64,000 nucleotides of DNA from Verrucomicrobiota bacterium (lineage in GTDB: Bacteria; Verrucomicrobiota; Verrucomicrobiia; Limisphaerales; J093), in the NCBI GenBank assembly GCA_016716505.1, contig JADJWF010000003.1, positions 400,674 through 464,673 on the forward strand. The letters run 5' to 3'. Shown one piece after another: positions 36,786 to 46,578 of this stretch. The notes beneath the pieces are model-generated. The model searched no databases, was not told where the DNA came from, and saw nothing but the letters and a program-made list of their open reading frames with translations. The position numbers were made by a program, and so were the translations under genes. Position 1 is the stretch's first letter. Each line of letters starts with the position of its first letter.

Positions 36786-38720
36786 ATGAATCTCGCCATG
36801 GCCCGCCTCCCAATACCATTGGTCGTATTGGCGACCGGTTTCGCCATGTCTTTTGCGGTCGCCGCCGCCGAGTCGCGCCCCGACATCGTCCTGGCGGACT
36901 TCGAAGGTCCGGACTATGGCGACTGGCGGGTCACCGGCGAGGCCTTCGGAAACGGCCCGGCCGGCGGGTCATTGCCGGACCAGATGCCGGTAGCCGGCTT
37001 TCAGGGAAAGGGATTCGCGAACAGCTACCACGGCGGCGACAGCACGACGGGCACGCTCACCTCGCCGGCCTTCACCATCGAACGGCAGCGCCTCAACTTC
37101 CTCATTGGCGGCGGCCGCCACCCGGGCACGACAGCGATCAATCTGCTGATTGATGGCAACACCGTCCGCACCGCGACGGGGAGCAACTCGGAGTTCCTGC
37201 GCTGGCAGAGCTGGGACGTGAGCGAATTCGCGGGTCGCGTGGGAAAGCTGGAGTTGGTGGATCAAGCGACCGGTGGTTGGGGCCACCTCAACGTGGACCA
37301 TATCGTCCAAAGTGATTCACCGCCCAAGGTCGTGGACGACCGCGAGGCTGCCCTCTTGCGCGCCATGAGCAGCGTGCAGAACGCCGCTGAACGCGCCGCC
37401 CGCGATCCAGACCGGCCGCGGTATCATTTCCGCCCGCCGGCCAACTGGATGAACGACCCGAACGGCACCTTTTGGTTCAACGGGTGGTATCACCTCTTTT
37501 ACCAGCACAACCCCTACGGCGACTCGTGGGAACACATGCACTGGGGCCACGCCCGCAGTCGCGACCTCGTTCGCTGGGAGCATCTGCCCATTGCACTGTG
37601 GCCCTCGTATGCGCTCGGCGAGAATCACTGTTTCTCCGGCTGTCTGACGCGGAACGACCGGGGCGAACCCTTGATCTTCTACACGAGCATCGGCGACCGC
37701 GAGCCGCATTGCTGGGTTGCCCTGCCCGAAGACCCCGACCTCATTCGCTGGCGAAAGTTCACCGGCAATCCGGTGCTCACGGAAAGCTCGACCGGCAGCC
37801 CCTATTACGACTTCCGGGATCCCTTCATCTTTCGCCACGCCGGCCGCGCGTTCATGGTGCATGGCGGCAATCTCAACGGCGCCAAAGGCGGGCAGGCTGT
37901 GGTCAGCTTGTTCGAAGCCGAGAATCCGGACCTGACGCGGTGGCGCTATCGGGGAATCCTCTTCCGTCATCCCGATCCCACAGTGACCAACATCGAGTGT
38001 CCGCTGTTTTTCCCGTTGGACGGCAAGTTCGTGCTGATCACCTCGCCCCACCGTTCGTGCGACTGGTTCGTGGGCTCCTTCGATCCAGACCAGGGCACGT
38101 TCGCGGCGACCGGGCAGGGCCTTGTGGACCGCGGACATTTTTACGCGCCGAACGTCCTGTTCGACAACCGCGGCCGCTGCGTGATGTTCGGTTGGGTGAA
38201 CGGTTTCAAGCCGGGCAAGGGTTGGAACGGCTGCATGACGCTGCCGCGCGTTCTGACCGTCGAGAACGGCCGCCTCGTCCAACGGCCCGCGCCGGAACTC
38301 GAATCGTTGCGACAAAACGAAGCGGTCGCCTTTCGCTTCACAGGTCGGGAGGCCGCGAACGCCGCCCCCTTGACCATCAGCTTGATGGCCGAACTGGAGA
38401 TCAGCTTGATCCGCGACGGGGCAACGCGGGCGGGTCTTTGGTTGCGCCGGGGAGAATCCGGCCAACCGGGCGCGCGGCTTGAATTTCGCGGAAAGGAACT
38501 TCAAGTGGCCGACGTCACAGTGCCATTGGGAATCGATGATTCGCTGAAACTGCGGGTGTTTCTGGACCACAGCGTGGTCGAGGTGTTCGCGGCTGACGGG
38601 TCGTTCTGCGTCACCCGGGTGATCGAAGCCGCTCCGGGCGACGACCGGATGGAGGCGATCCTGTCGGCGGATACCGCAACGATTGTCGGGCGGAACTGGC
38701 GTCTCCAAGGAATCTGGTGA
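36786..38720 (+). CDS. glycoside hydrolase family 32 (beta-fructosidase/levanase-like) with N-terminal lectin-like domain
   Basis: Start at MNLAMARLPIPLVVLATGFAMSFAVAAA. GH32 catalytic signatures are WMNDPNG, FRDPFIF and NIECPLFF. A ~170-aa N-terminal extra domain and a C-terminal beta-sandwich are present. Confidence 0.9.
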   Translation: MNLAMARLPIPLVVLATGFAMSFAVAAAESRPDIVLADFEGPDYGDWRVTGEAFGNGPAGGSLPDQMPVAGFQGKGFANSYHGGDSTTGTLTSPAFTIERQRLNFLIGGGRHPGTTAINLLIDGNTVRTATGSNSEFLRWQSWDVSEFAGRVGKLELVDQATGGWGHLNVDHIVQSDSPPKVVDDREAALLRAMSSVQNAAERAARDPDRPRYHFRPPANWMNDPNGTFWFNGWYHLFYQHNPYGDSWEHMHWGHARSRDLVRWEHLPIALWPSYALGENHCFSGCLTRNDRGEPLIFYTSIGDREPHCWVALPEDPDLIRWRKFTGNPVLTESSTGSPYYDFRDPFIFRHAGRAFMVHGGNLNGAKGGQAVVSLFEAENPDLTRWRYRGILFRHPDPTVTNIECPLFFPLDGKFVLITSPHRSCDWFVGSFDPDQGTFAATGQGLVDRGHFYAPNVLFDNRGRCVMFGWVNGFKPGKGWNGCMTLPRVLTVENGRLVQRPAPELESLRQNEAVAFRFTGREAANAAPLTISLMAELEISLIRDGATRAGLWLRRGESGQPGARLEFRGKELQVADVTVPLGIDDSLKLRVFLDHSVVEVFAADGSFCVTRVIEAAPGDDRMEAILSADTATIVGRNWRLQGIW

Positions 38721-38947
38721 CGCCTGCGGCTGCCGGGCGCGGCCGGCGATGTGCAGAGACCTCTGGCTTCGCGGGCAAGCTCACGTTGGCGGGCGCCGAG
38801 AGCAATGCCGCCTCCCGGCCCGATGCCCCATTAACCCGAACCGGGAAACCTGGTGCGGCCGGCGCCCTGCGGCCGTCGCGGTTTCGCGCCGCCCCGCGCC
38901 GAAGCGAATTGACCGGGCTGCGGGCAGTTCGCAATCCTCGACGCAAC

Positions 38948-40495
38948 ATGAACTCCGCCTCCTCTATCCACATCCGGGCGCTGGCTCTGGCTTTGCTCTT
39001 CCTCGCGCCAGCCGCCCTCGCCGCCTCCAAAACCCTCTCCCGCGCCGCCCTGCTGGACAAAATCCGCGGCGGCTGGGCCGGCCAGATGATCGGCGTGGCC
39101 TACGGCGCGCCCACCGAGTTCAAGTCCAACGGCAAGATCGGCGAGTGGGACCTCACCTGGAAAGACGGGATGCTGGAAAACACCATCCACCAGGACGACC
39201 TGTACGTGGAAATGACCTTCGCCAAGGTCATGGACGACTTGGGTCTCGGCGCCACCACTCAACAGTACGGCGAAGCGTTCAAAGTCTCGAAGTACCACCT
39301 CTGGCACGCCAACGCGGGCGCCCGCCGTGTGCTGAACCAGGGCATCGCCGCGCCGTGGTCCGGGCACCCAAAGTACAACTTCCACGCCAACGACATTGAT
39401 TTCCAGATCGAGGCGGACTTCATCGGTCTCATGTGCCCGGGCCTGCCGCGCGAGTCGAACAAGTACTGCGACCGGGTCGGGCGCGTGATGAACTACGGTG
39501 ACGGCCTGTACGGCGGCATGTTTGTCTGCGGCATGTACTCGGCCGCCTATTTCGAGAGCGATCCGCGCAAGGTGGTCGAGGCCGGCCTCCGCTGCATCCC
39601 GGCCAGGAGCGAGTACGGCCAGTTGCTCGCCGATCTGCTGCGCTGGCAAGCGCAGTATCCGAACGACTGGCGCAAGGTCTGGCAACTCGTCCAGGCCAAG
39701 TGGGACAAGGACGATCCGTGTCCGGACGGCTTCAACGCGCCGTTCAACATTGATGCCAAGCTTAACGGCGCGTACGTCGCCTTCGGCTTGCTGTTCGGTG
39801 GCGGCGACTTCGAGAAGACGATGGAGATCAGCACGCGCTGCGGCCAGGACTCGGATTGCAACCCTTCGAGCGCCGCCGGCGTGCTGGGCGTCATGCTCGG
39901 CTACGAGCGCATCCCGGCGAAGTTCAAGACCGAGATGCCGCAGCTCGAAAACCGGAAGTTCGATTTCACCGACTACTCCTTCAACGACATCGTCACGTCC
40001 ACCGAGGCGCGGGCGCTGCAAGTCATCCGGATGACCGGCGGCCGGGTGACCGACCGCGAGGTGGTGGTCAAGACGCAAACTCCCCGGGCGCCGAAGCTCG
40101 AACAGTGGTCGCCGGGCATTCCGGACCGCCGCATCCCCGCCAGCGACCCCGCGTGGACCTGGACCGGGACTTGGAGAGACGATCGGGGGACAAAGGTTAG
40201 CGAGGCTGCCGGGAGTGAGGCCGTGCTCAAGTTCGATGGCGTGGCGGTCGCCGTGATTGGCACGCTCAACCAACTGGGCGGGCGCGCGGAGGTTTATCTG
40301 GACGGCAAGAAACAGGACCTCCAGCTCGACGCCTACATCGTCCCGAACACCCACGACAACGTGTTGTGGCAGGCGTACGGATTGAAGCCCGGCCCGCACA
40401 CGCTGCGCATCGTCACTACCGGCACGGCGGACTCGCGGTCACAAGGCCGGCAGGTGGCCATCCGCGACGCCTGCGTTTATCGCGCCGCGAAGTAA
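38948..40495 (+). CDS. secreted ADP-ribosylglycohydrolase-family protein with C-terminal beta-sandwich extension
   Basis: Start at MNSASSIHIRALALALLFLAPAALA (ATG 38948). ARH-fold markers LLDKIRGGWAGQMIGVAYGAPTEF and STRCGQDSDCNPSSAAGVLGVMLGYERIP. About 130 extra C-terminal residues follow. Confidence 0.8.
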   Translation: MNSASSIHIRALALALLFLAPAALAASKTLSRAALLDKIRGGWAGQMIGVAYGAPTEFKSNGKIGEWDLTWKDGMLENTIHQDDLYVEMTFAKVMDDLGLGATTQQYGEAFKVSKYHLWHANAGARRVLNQGIAAPWSGHPKYNFHANDIDFQIEADFIGLMCPGLPRESNKYCDRVGRVMNYGDGLYGGMFVCGMYSAAYFESDPRKVVEAGLRCIPARSEYGQLLADLLRWQAQYPNDWRKVWQLVQAKWDKDDPCPDGFNAPFNIDAKLNGAYVAFGLLFGGGDFEKTMEISTRCGQDSDCNPSSAAGVLGVMLGYERIPAKFKTEMPQLENRKFDFTDYSFNDIVTSTEARALQVIRMTGGRVTDREVVVKTQTPRAPKLEQWSPGIPDRRIPASDPAWTWTGTWRDDRGTKVSEAAGSEAVLKFDGVAVAVIGTLNQLGGRAEVYLDGKKQDLQLDAYIVPNTHDNVLWQAYGLKPGPHTLRIVTTGTADSRSQGRQVAIRDACVYRAAK

Positions 40496-40515
40496 GCGCG
40501 AAGGAAGGTCCTGGC

Positions 40516-41484
40516 ATGAAAACACTCCTCCGCTCCTGCCTCGTGGCCGCGCCGCTGGCGCTGGCCAGTCTGCTCCTCTCGGGCTGCAAGCCTGCGTCCA
40601 CGCCATCCGCCACTGCCGCCACACCGCGGATCGCGTTGGTCATGAAGTCGCTCGCCAACGAGTTCTTCCTCACGATGGAGAACGGCGCGAAGGCGCACCA
40701 AAAAGCCCACGCCGACCAGTACGAGCTCATCGCCAACGGCATCAAGGACGAGCTGGACGTGGGCCGGCAGGTCGAGTTGGTCGAGCAGATGATCGCCCAG
40801 CGCGTGGACGCGATTGTTATCGCCCCCGCCGATTCGAAGGCGCTGGTGCCCGTGTGCAAGAAAGCCCAGCAGGCTGGCATCGTGGTCGTGAACATTGACA
40901 ACAAGTTCGACGAGGCCGTGCTCGCCCAGGCCGGGGTGAAGTTTCCCTTCGTCGGCCCGGACAACCGCAAGGGCGCGAAGGCCGTCGGCGATTTCCTGGC
41001 GAAACGGCTCCAGCCCGGCGACAAGGTGGCCATCATCGAGGGCGCGCCCAACGCCTTCAACGCCGTGCAGCGCAAACTCGGCTTCGAAGATGCCATGAAG
41101 GCGGCGGGCGCGGAGATCGTGAGTTCGCAGTCCGGCTTCTGGGAGACCGACAAGGCCAACCAGGTGGCGGCGGCCGTCATCAGCGAACATCCCGATCTCA
41201 AGGCGTTTCTCTGCGCGAACGACAGCATGGCGCTGGGGGCCGTGGCCGCGCTGCGCGCCGCGGGCAAGCTGGATCAAGTGCTCGTCGTGGGCTACGACAA
41301 CATTGCGGCCGTGAAGCAACTTTTGCAGGAAGGCCGCGTGCTCGCGACTGCCGACCAGCACGCCGATCAACTCGCCGTCTTCGGCATTGAGTACGCCCTG
41401 GAAATGCTCAAGACGAAGGCCGCTCCCGCCGACCGCGAGACGCCGGTGGAACTGGTGACGCGCGAGTCTTTGGCGGCGAAATGA
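40516..41484 (+). CDS. sugar ABC transporter substrate-binding lipoprotein (ribose/monosaccharide-binding, periplasmic binding protein type 1)
   Basis: Start MKTLLRSCLVAAPLALASLLLSGC (lipobox). RIALVMKSLANEFFLTMENGAK...VDAIVIAPADSKALVPV...VVVNIDN... is typical of the RbsB-like family. Confidence 0.9.
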   Translation: MKTLLRSCLVAAPLALASLLLSGCKPASTPSATAATPRIALVMKSLANEFFLTMENGAKAHQKAHADQYELIANGIKDELDVGRQVELVEQMIAQRVDAIVIAPADSKALVPVCKKAQQAGIVVVNIDNKFDEAVLAQAGVKFPFVGPDNRKGAKAVGDFLAKRLQPGDKVAIIEGAPNAFNAVQRKLGFEDAMKAAGAEIVSSQSGFWETDKANQVAAAVISEHPDLKAFLCANDSMALGAVAALRAAGKLDQVLVVGYDNIAAVKQLLQEGRVLATADQHADQLAVFGIEYALEMLKTKAAPADRETPVELVTRESLAAK

Positions 41485-43058
41485 CGTCGCAACCTGATGA
41501 ACTGCTTTCCGCGTCGGGCCTCGGGAAATCCTACGGCCCGGTCCGGGTGCTGACCGACGTGGACTTCAGCCTCCGCCGCGGCGAAGTCCACGCGTTGGTT
41601 GGCGAGAACGGAGCTGGCAAGAGCACGCTCAGCCGGATCATCGCCGGCATCACGCCGGCCGATTCCGGCTCGCTCAAGCTCGAGGGTCGTCCATTTCACC
41701 CCCGCGACCGCCGCGACGCCGAGCACCACGGCATCCGGATGGTGATGCAGGAGCTCAATCTCGTCGGCAACCTCACGGTGGCCGAGAGTTTGTTCATTGA
41801 CCGCCTGCCGCACCGCTGGGGCTGGATTGACTACGCCGGGCTTCACCGTCAGGCCCGCGCCGCCCTTGAACGCGTCGGCCTGCGGGACCTCGATCCCGCG
41901 CGCCCGATCCGCACGCTCGGGGTTGGCCAGCAGCAAATGGTCGAGATCGCGGCCGGCCTGGCACGACGCTGCGACGTGCTCATTCTCGACGAGCCCACCG
42001 CCGCACTGACCGATCCGGAAATCGAACAACTCTTCCAACAGATTGCCGCCCTCAAAGCCGCCGGCACCGGCATCCTGTACATCTCGCATCGCATGGAAGA
42101 AATCCGCCGCGTGGCAGACCGCGTCAGCGTCTTGCGGGACGGCCGGCTGGTGGCAACCCGGCCGATGGGCGAGATCACCCTCGACGAGATCGTGCGCCTG
42201 ATGGTGGGCCGCGATGTCGGCTGGAACTTCGACCGCCAGCCGCGCCAGCCCGGCACCGTGGCGCTGGAAGTCCGCGGCCTCCGCCGCGAGCCGGCGGTGA
42301 AGGACGTGAGTTTCGAGGTGCGGCGCGGAGAAATCCTCGGCTTCGCCGGCCTGATGGGTTCGGGCCGCACGGAGACCATGCGCGCGATCTTTGGCGCGGA
42401 CCGGCCGGACGCCGGAGAAATCCGGCTGCGCGGGGCCGCCCCGCCGGTGCGCATCCGCTCCCCGCGCGACGCGGTCCGGCAAGGGGTCGCCCTCCTCACC
42501 GAAAACCGCAAGGAACAAGGTCTGCTGCTGCCGTTGGCGGTGCGGGTCAACATGACGTTGCCCTCGCTGCCCCGTTTTGGCGCGGCGCTTGGCTGGCTGC
42601 GACGAAATGCGGAAACGGCCGAAAGCACACGCTGGATCGGCGCGCTGGGCATCCGGTGCCGCGACGCCGAGCAACGCGTGGCCGACCTGAGCGGCGGCAA
42701 CCAACAAAAGGTCGTTCTGGCCAAATGGCTCCTGCGCGACTGCGACGTGCTCATTTTCGACGAGCCCACGCGGGGCATTGACGTCGGCGCCAAGTTCGAG
42801 ATCTACCGCCTCCTCGATGACCTTGCCGCCAAGGGCAAGGCGATCGTGATGGTGTCGTCTGATCTGCCCGAATTGATGGCGCTGTGCGACCGCATCGCCG
42901 TCATGTCGGCGGGCCGGCTCGCCGCGACGTTCCGCCGGGGCGAATGGACCGAGGACCAGATCATGGCAGCGGCGCTGAGCGGGTACCGACGAACTCCAGC
43001 GGATCAAGCCGCTCCGAAAACCAACACCTGGGCGGGGCCGACCGGGGCGACGGCGTAA
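41481..43058 (+). CDS. sugar ABC transporter ATP-binding protein, tandem ATPase domains (RbsA/MglA-like)
   Basis: ATGA start/stop overlap with the binding-protein gene. Walker A GENGAGKST, signature LGVGQQQMVEI and LSGGNQQKVVLA, Walker B LILDEPT and LIFDEPT. Confidence 0.92.
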   Translation: MTSQPDELLSASGLGKSYGPVRVLTDVDFSLRRGEVHALVGENGAGKSTLSRIIAGITPADSGSLKLEGRPFHPRDRRDAEHHGIRMVMQELNLVGNLTVAESLFIDRLPHRWGWIDYAGLHRQARAALERVGLRDLDPARPIRTLGVGQQQMVEIAAGLARRCDVLILDEPTAALTDPEIEQLFQQIAALKAAGTGILYISHRMEEIRRVADRVSVLRDGRLVATRPMGEITLDEIVRLMVGRDVGWNFDRQPRQPGTVALEVRGLRREPAVKDVSFEVRRGEILGFAGLMGSGRTETMRAIFGADRPDAGEIRLRGAAPPVRIRSPRDAVRQGVALLTENRKEQGLLLPLAVRVNMTLPSLPRFGAALGWLRRNAETAESTRWIGALGIRCRDAEQRVADLSGGNQQKVVLAKWLLRDCDVLIFDEPTRGIDVGAKFEIYRLLDDLAAKGKAIVMVSSDLPELMALCDRIAVMSAGRLAATFRRGEWTEDQIMAAALSGYRRTPADQAAPKTNTWAGPTGATA

Positions 43059-43074
43059 AGCCGCGGGTGCGGCC

Positions 43075-46000
43075 TCAACGCGCGAGCCGGTAGAATGCCG
43101 CCGCCGCGTCGGTGGGTTCCTCAATGGCGAATTCTCCGCCAACGCCCTCGGGCGAAGCTGTCACCCGCGCCCACTCTGCAATCGGGCCAAGCCCTGCGGT
43201 GGACTCGAGTTGGTACCGTGCGGCCGACGCAGGCCAGAAAACGCGTACGCGGCCCTGCTGCCGGGCCGGCTCGATGCGCAGCGCCGCCTGTGCCGGGTGC
43301 CGGATGTCCACGGTGGCGTTCCCCTGCAGTCGCAGGATGAGCCGTCCCTCGGCGGCCTGGAACACGTGCGGCGGCGACAAGTAAAGCGGCGCGCCGTTGA
43401 GCCGGACTTCGGGCCGTTGGGACAATCCCACCACGAGGATCTCGTAAGGTTCGGAGGGCCAACCGCGCACCCTGAACGCCACGCCATCGGCGCGCTCCTG
43501 AACCTCATCCACCACTCCGGGCGCGTGGACGATCAACCCGTGGCGAAGAAAGGCCCGGTGATCGTACACCGGTTGCCCCAGCCACCGCGCCGCCGGTGCC
43601 AGGACCGTCGCGGGATTGATGTTTGGTCCGTTGCGACTTTGCGGCCGAAGATTGTAGCTGTCCGGCAACAGCCCCAGGTACTCGGCGTCCGTCGCCGGGT
43701 ACGTCTGCTGGATGCCCGAAATCGCGATGCCGTCGGCGACCTGCCGCCACGGGCCGGTTTGATCGTGCCGCGCCAGCCGGTAGAGCGCCTCGGCATACAC
43801 GAGTCCACACCACTGCACCGGCAGACCAATCCAGTTCGGTGCGACCCAGGCCGTGGCGCCCAGCACGGGAATGGTTGCGTAGGGTCCGACAGGATGGTCC
43901 GTCGGCGGGGTCAGATAGACAAACGGAAGACCTGTCCATGCCCAGTCGCGCGCGGCGGCCAGGAACTCCGGCTCCGCCGTCAACTCGTATCCCAGGACAA
44001 ACGACTGAACCAGATGGGCCGCGGCCAGGATGTCCGGCGTGTGCAAGGCAATTTCCCACGTTTGCGCGCCGCGCGGAACGGTGCCGGCGTAATTGGTGAC
44101 GGCCTGCCGCAAGCGCCGCACCCCCTCGGCGATCAACTGGCGATCACCGGAGAACGCCGCCGCCTCAAGCACCGCCACCAGCGTCGCGGCGGTGAGCCCG
44201 TTCGCGTGATCAGCCCAATGCGTCCGGCCATAGTCCAGCCCCCCGGCCGAGGGCCTGTACTGGATCGTTCCGTCGGGGCGGAATCGGCCCAGCAGCGAGC
44301 GCCCGAAGTCGCGGGCGGCGACGGCATTCTCCACTGTTCGCCGATAAACCAACGCTGGAGCGGGCTGACGAACGTGCCCAACCAACGCCTGGTTCAAACT
44401 CCCGGAAGGCACCAGCCCAAGCGCCCGCCGAGCCGCTTCACTCAAGCGTCCAGCCAGCGCCGCCTCTTCGACGCGCGGCGCGAGCCAATCCATCCACAGC
44501 GCGGCATCCGCGGCGGGCCCCGACCCGAAGCCCGGTGCGGCGTGCCGATACTGATCACCATCGCGAATCTTCGAATCGAGCCAGCCCCGCGCGGCGAGCC
44601 GGTGAAAATCGGTGGCCGTCATGCCGGGCGATGGCAGCGACGCGAGGCCAAACAACTCGACGTACTGCCGCACCGCCGGCACGACCGTGGCGCCCTCTCC
44701 GCCCAGCAATATCGCGGACACTGTCAAGGTACGATTGGCCGGCAGACGCGCCGTGTCATACGGGAGGAGGCTGCTCTCGTCGCGGTTCAAGCCGTCGGAT
44801 CCGGGGAACAGCAACCCCATGACTTGAGCGCCGGAATGAAACAGCCGGTCCGGGGTGTCGAAGAACGCGCAAACATTTATGGCCGCCTCCCGATTCCAGG
44901 CGAAGCCCACGTACTGCCCCTCCGCCGCGACGACTGCCAACGGCAGCGTGAGTTTCAGCACGTCCGGCACCTGGCGGTTGGAATCCGGCGGGTTGAGATC
45001 AGCGGTCGAACTGCTTGGTTCGTTTTCGAGGTATTCGACGCCGGCCAGCAGCGCCTGCGTCTTGTTGGTGCCGAAGCTTCCCAACCCGGGCAGCAGGGTC
45101 AGCAACGGCAAGTGTAACACGTCGCGATCCTGATCCACGCGCACGCGCGTCTCGACCATCAGGCTGCCGGCCGTATTGAGCCGAAAGGTCTGCTCGGCTT
45201 CCCACGTCGCACCGTCAGGGTCAGCACAGGTGACCCGGGCAGTCAGCCGCCCACCAATCTGCGCGTCGGCCAGATGCTGCAACGGCTGCCCCACCACCGT
45301 GACGGTCGCTCCCTCGCCCCCCAGGCGAAACCAACGGGCGGCACCGTCGAGAACATACCCGACCAAGGGTGCGGCATTACCGCAGGCCATCAGAATGTTG
45401 TTCACCCGCACTTCGAAACCGCCAAGACGATTGGTCGCGTGGATCACCCGGAGCGGGCCGGACTGGATGGCGGGAGCGTCGGCACCGAGAACCGACGGCT
45501 CGGGCTTCGGCCACGTCGGTTCCGCGAAGGTGACGCGCTCGGAAAACCAGAGCCTCGACACGATGCACGCACCGCCGCTGCCGGGCGGATCAATTCGCAG
45601 CCGGTACCCCTTGCCCAGCGCCGGCAGGCGGACCTTGGCTTCGTGCCAGTCGCCACCGGGCACGTAAAACCGAACGGACTCAGCTTCGCTGGGCGCCGTG
45701 CGGTAGTAAAAGACCTGCGCCATGCCCCCCTGCTCTGACCGCAAGCGGAAGTGCAACCAGAGCGGCGTGCCGTCCGGGTAGTCCCGTGGCGGGCCGGCGA
45801 AGTACGGGTCGAGCCCCGTAATCGTCATGTGCAGACCGTCCGGCCCGGGCCCAAAACCGGACAGGTGATGCTGGGGCGTCCACTCCCCCACGTCCGGGAC
45901 GGTGGTGAAATCAAAATCGGGCAAGGGACCGCGCGCCTCGAACCGAAGGGACGCGAGCGTGAAACGCCCCGAGCTTCCCGGCGGATCAATGCGCATCCGT

Positions 46001-46431
46001 TGACGCGCGCCCAGCGCCGGCACCGCCACGCGCCCCTCCACCCAGCGGCCCGCGGGTGCCACAAAGCCGACGGAACGGGCCTCCGTGGGTTGTCCGCCGG
46101 CAGGAAAGTAAAACACCTGACACCAACCGCCCGTCTCCGAGTACAACCGCAGTCGCAGCCAGAGCGGCTGCCCGGCCGGATAGTCTGCCGCCGGCCCGAT
46201 GACCATCGGATCAATGCCCGTGATCACTCCACTGAGGCCCTCAACGCCGCCCGTGAACTGGCTGATCTGGTTGGCGGCCGTCCAGCCCGTCCGCCCTGCG
46301 GCCGTGGTGAAGTCGAAGGCCGGCAAGGAAGCTGAACCGCGGACTTTCGCCGAGAACAGGCAGGCGAACGCGGCCACGGTGAGCCAATTGGTTGCTCGCC
46401 ACGGGAGCCGAAGAGGATGGAAAAGCGACAT
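43075..46431 (-). CDS. large secreted hypothetical protein (1118 aa): two tandem N-terminal domains, central (alpha/alpha)-toroid-like region, C-terminal beta-sandwich
   Basis: Start chosen at MSLFHPLRLPWRATNWLTVAAFACLFSAKVRG (signal-like, ATG at 46429-46431); the 125 upstream codons look non-coding. The central region has helical-repeat character (ILAAAHLVQSFVLGYELTAEPEFLAAARDWAWTGLPFVY...VQWCGLVYAEALYRLAR), reminiscent of glycoside-hydrolase or lyase toroids. No family recognised with certainty. Confidence 0.72.
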   Translation of the reverse strand: MSLFHPLRLPWRATNWLTVAAFACLFSAKVRGSASLPAFDFTTAAGRTGWTAANQISQFTGGVEGLSGVITGIDPMVIGPAADYPAGQPLWLRLRLYSETGGWCQVFYFPAGGQPTEARSVGFVAPAGRWVEGRVAVPALGARQRMRIDPPGSSGRFTLASLRFEARGPLPDFDFTTVPDVGEWTPQHHLSGFGPGPDGLHMTITGLDPYFAGPPRDYPDGTPLWLHFRLRSEQGGMAQVFYYRTAPSEAESVRFYVPGGDWHEAKVRLPALGKGYRLRIDPPGSGGACIVSRLWFSERVTFAEPTWPKPEPSVLGADAPAIQSGPLRVIHATNRLGGFEVRVNNILMACGNAAPLVGYVLDGAARWFRLGGEGATVTVVGQPLQHLADAQIGGRLTARVTCADPDGATWEAEQTFRLNTAGSLMVETRVRVDQDRDVLHLPLLTLLPGLGSFGTNKTQALLAGVEYLENEPSSSTADLNPPDSNRQVPDVLKLTLPLAVVAAEGQYVGFAWNREAAINVCAFFDTPDRLFHSGAQVMGLLFPGSDGLNRDESSLLPYDTARLPANRTLTVSAILLGGEGATVVPAVRQYVELFGLASLPSPGMTATDFHRLAARGWLDSKIRDGDQYRHAAPGFGSGPAADAALWMDWLAPRVEEAALAGRLSEAARRALGLVPSGSLNQALVGHVRQPAPALVYRRTVENAVAARDFGRSLLGRFRPDGTIQYRPSAGGLDYGRTHWADHANGLTAATLVAVLEAAAFSGDRQLIAEGVRRLRQAVTNYAGTVPRGAQTWEIALHTPDILAAAHLVQSFVLGYELTAEPEFLAAARDWAWTGLPFVYLTPPTDHPVGPYATIPVLGATAWVAPNWIGLPVQWCGLVYAEALYRLARHDQTGPWRQVADGIAISGIQQTYPATDAEYLGLLPDSYNLRPQSRNGPNINPATVLAPAARWLGQPVYDHRAFLRHGLIVHAPGVVDEVQERADGVAFRVRGWPSEPYEILVVGLSQRPEVRLNGAPLYLSPPHVFQAAEGRLILRLQGNATVDIRHPAQAALRIEPARQQGRVRVFWPASAARYQLESTAGLGPIAEWARVTASPEGVGGEFAIEEPTDAAAAFYRLAR
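45535..46326 (-). repeat. internal tandem duplication of a ~132-aa domain in the 1118-aa protein
   Basis: Copy A is LPAFDFTTAAGRTGW...ITGIDPMVIGPAADYPAGQPLWLRLRLYSETGGWCQVFYF...RMRIDPPGSSGRFTLASLRFEAR. Copy B is LPDFDFTTVPDVGEW...ITGLDPYFAGPPRDYPDGTPLWLHFRLRSEQGGMAQVFYY...RLRIDPPGSGGACIVSRLWFSER. Confidence 0.85.
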
Positions 46432-46578
46432 GACGAAGTCTGGGCGCAGCACCAGCCGGGGCGTCAACCGAAAGCGAAAAGGTCGGGCGCGGACGGACCT
46501 GACCCAAACCTTCACGCCCGCACGCTTGTTGAGCAGATTTCGGTTCCCTCCGCCCGTCACCTGAACTTCAATCCTCCC

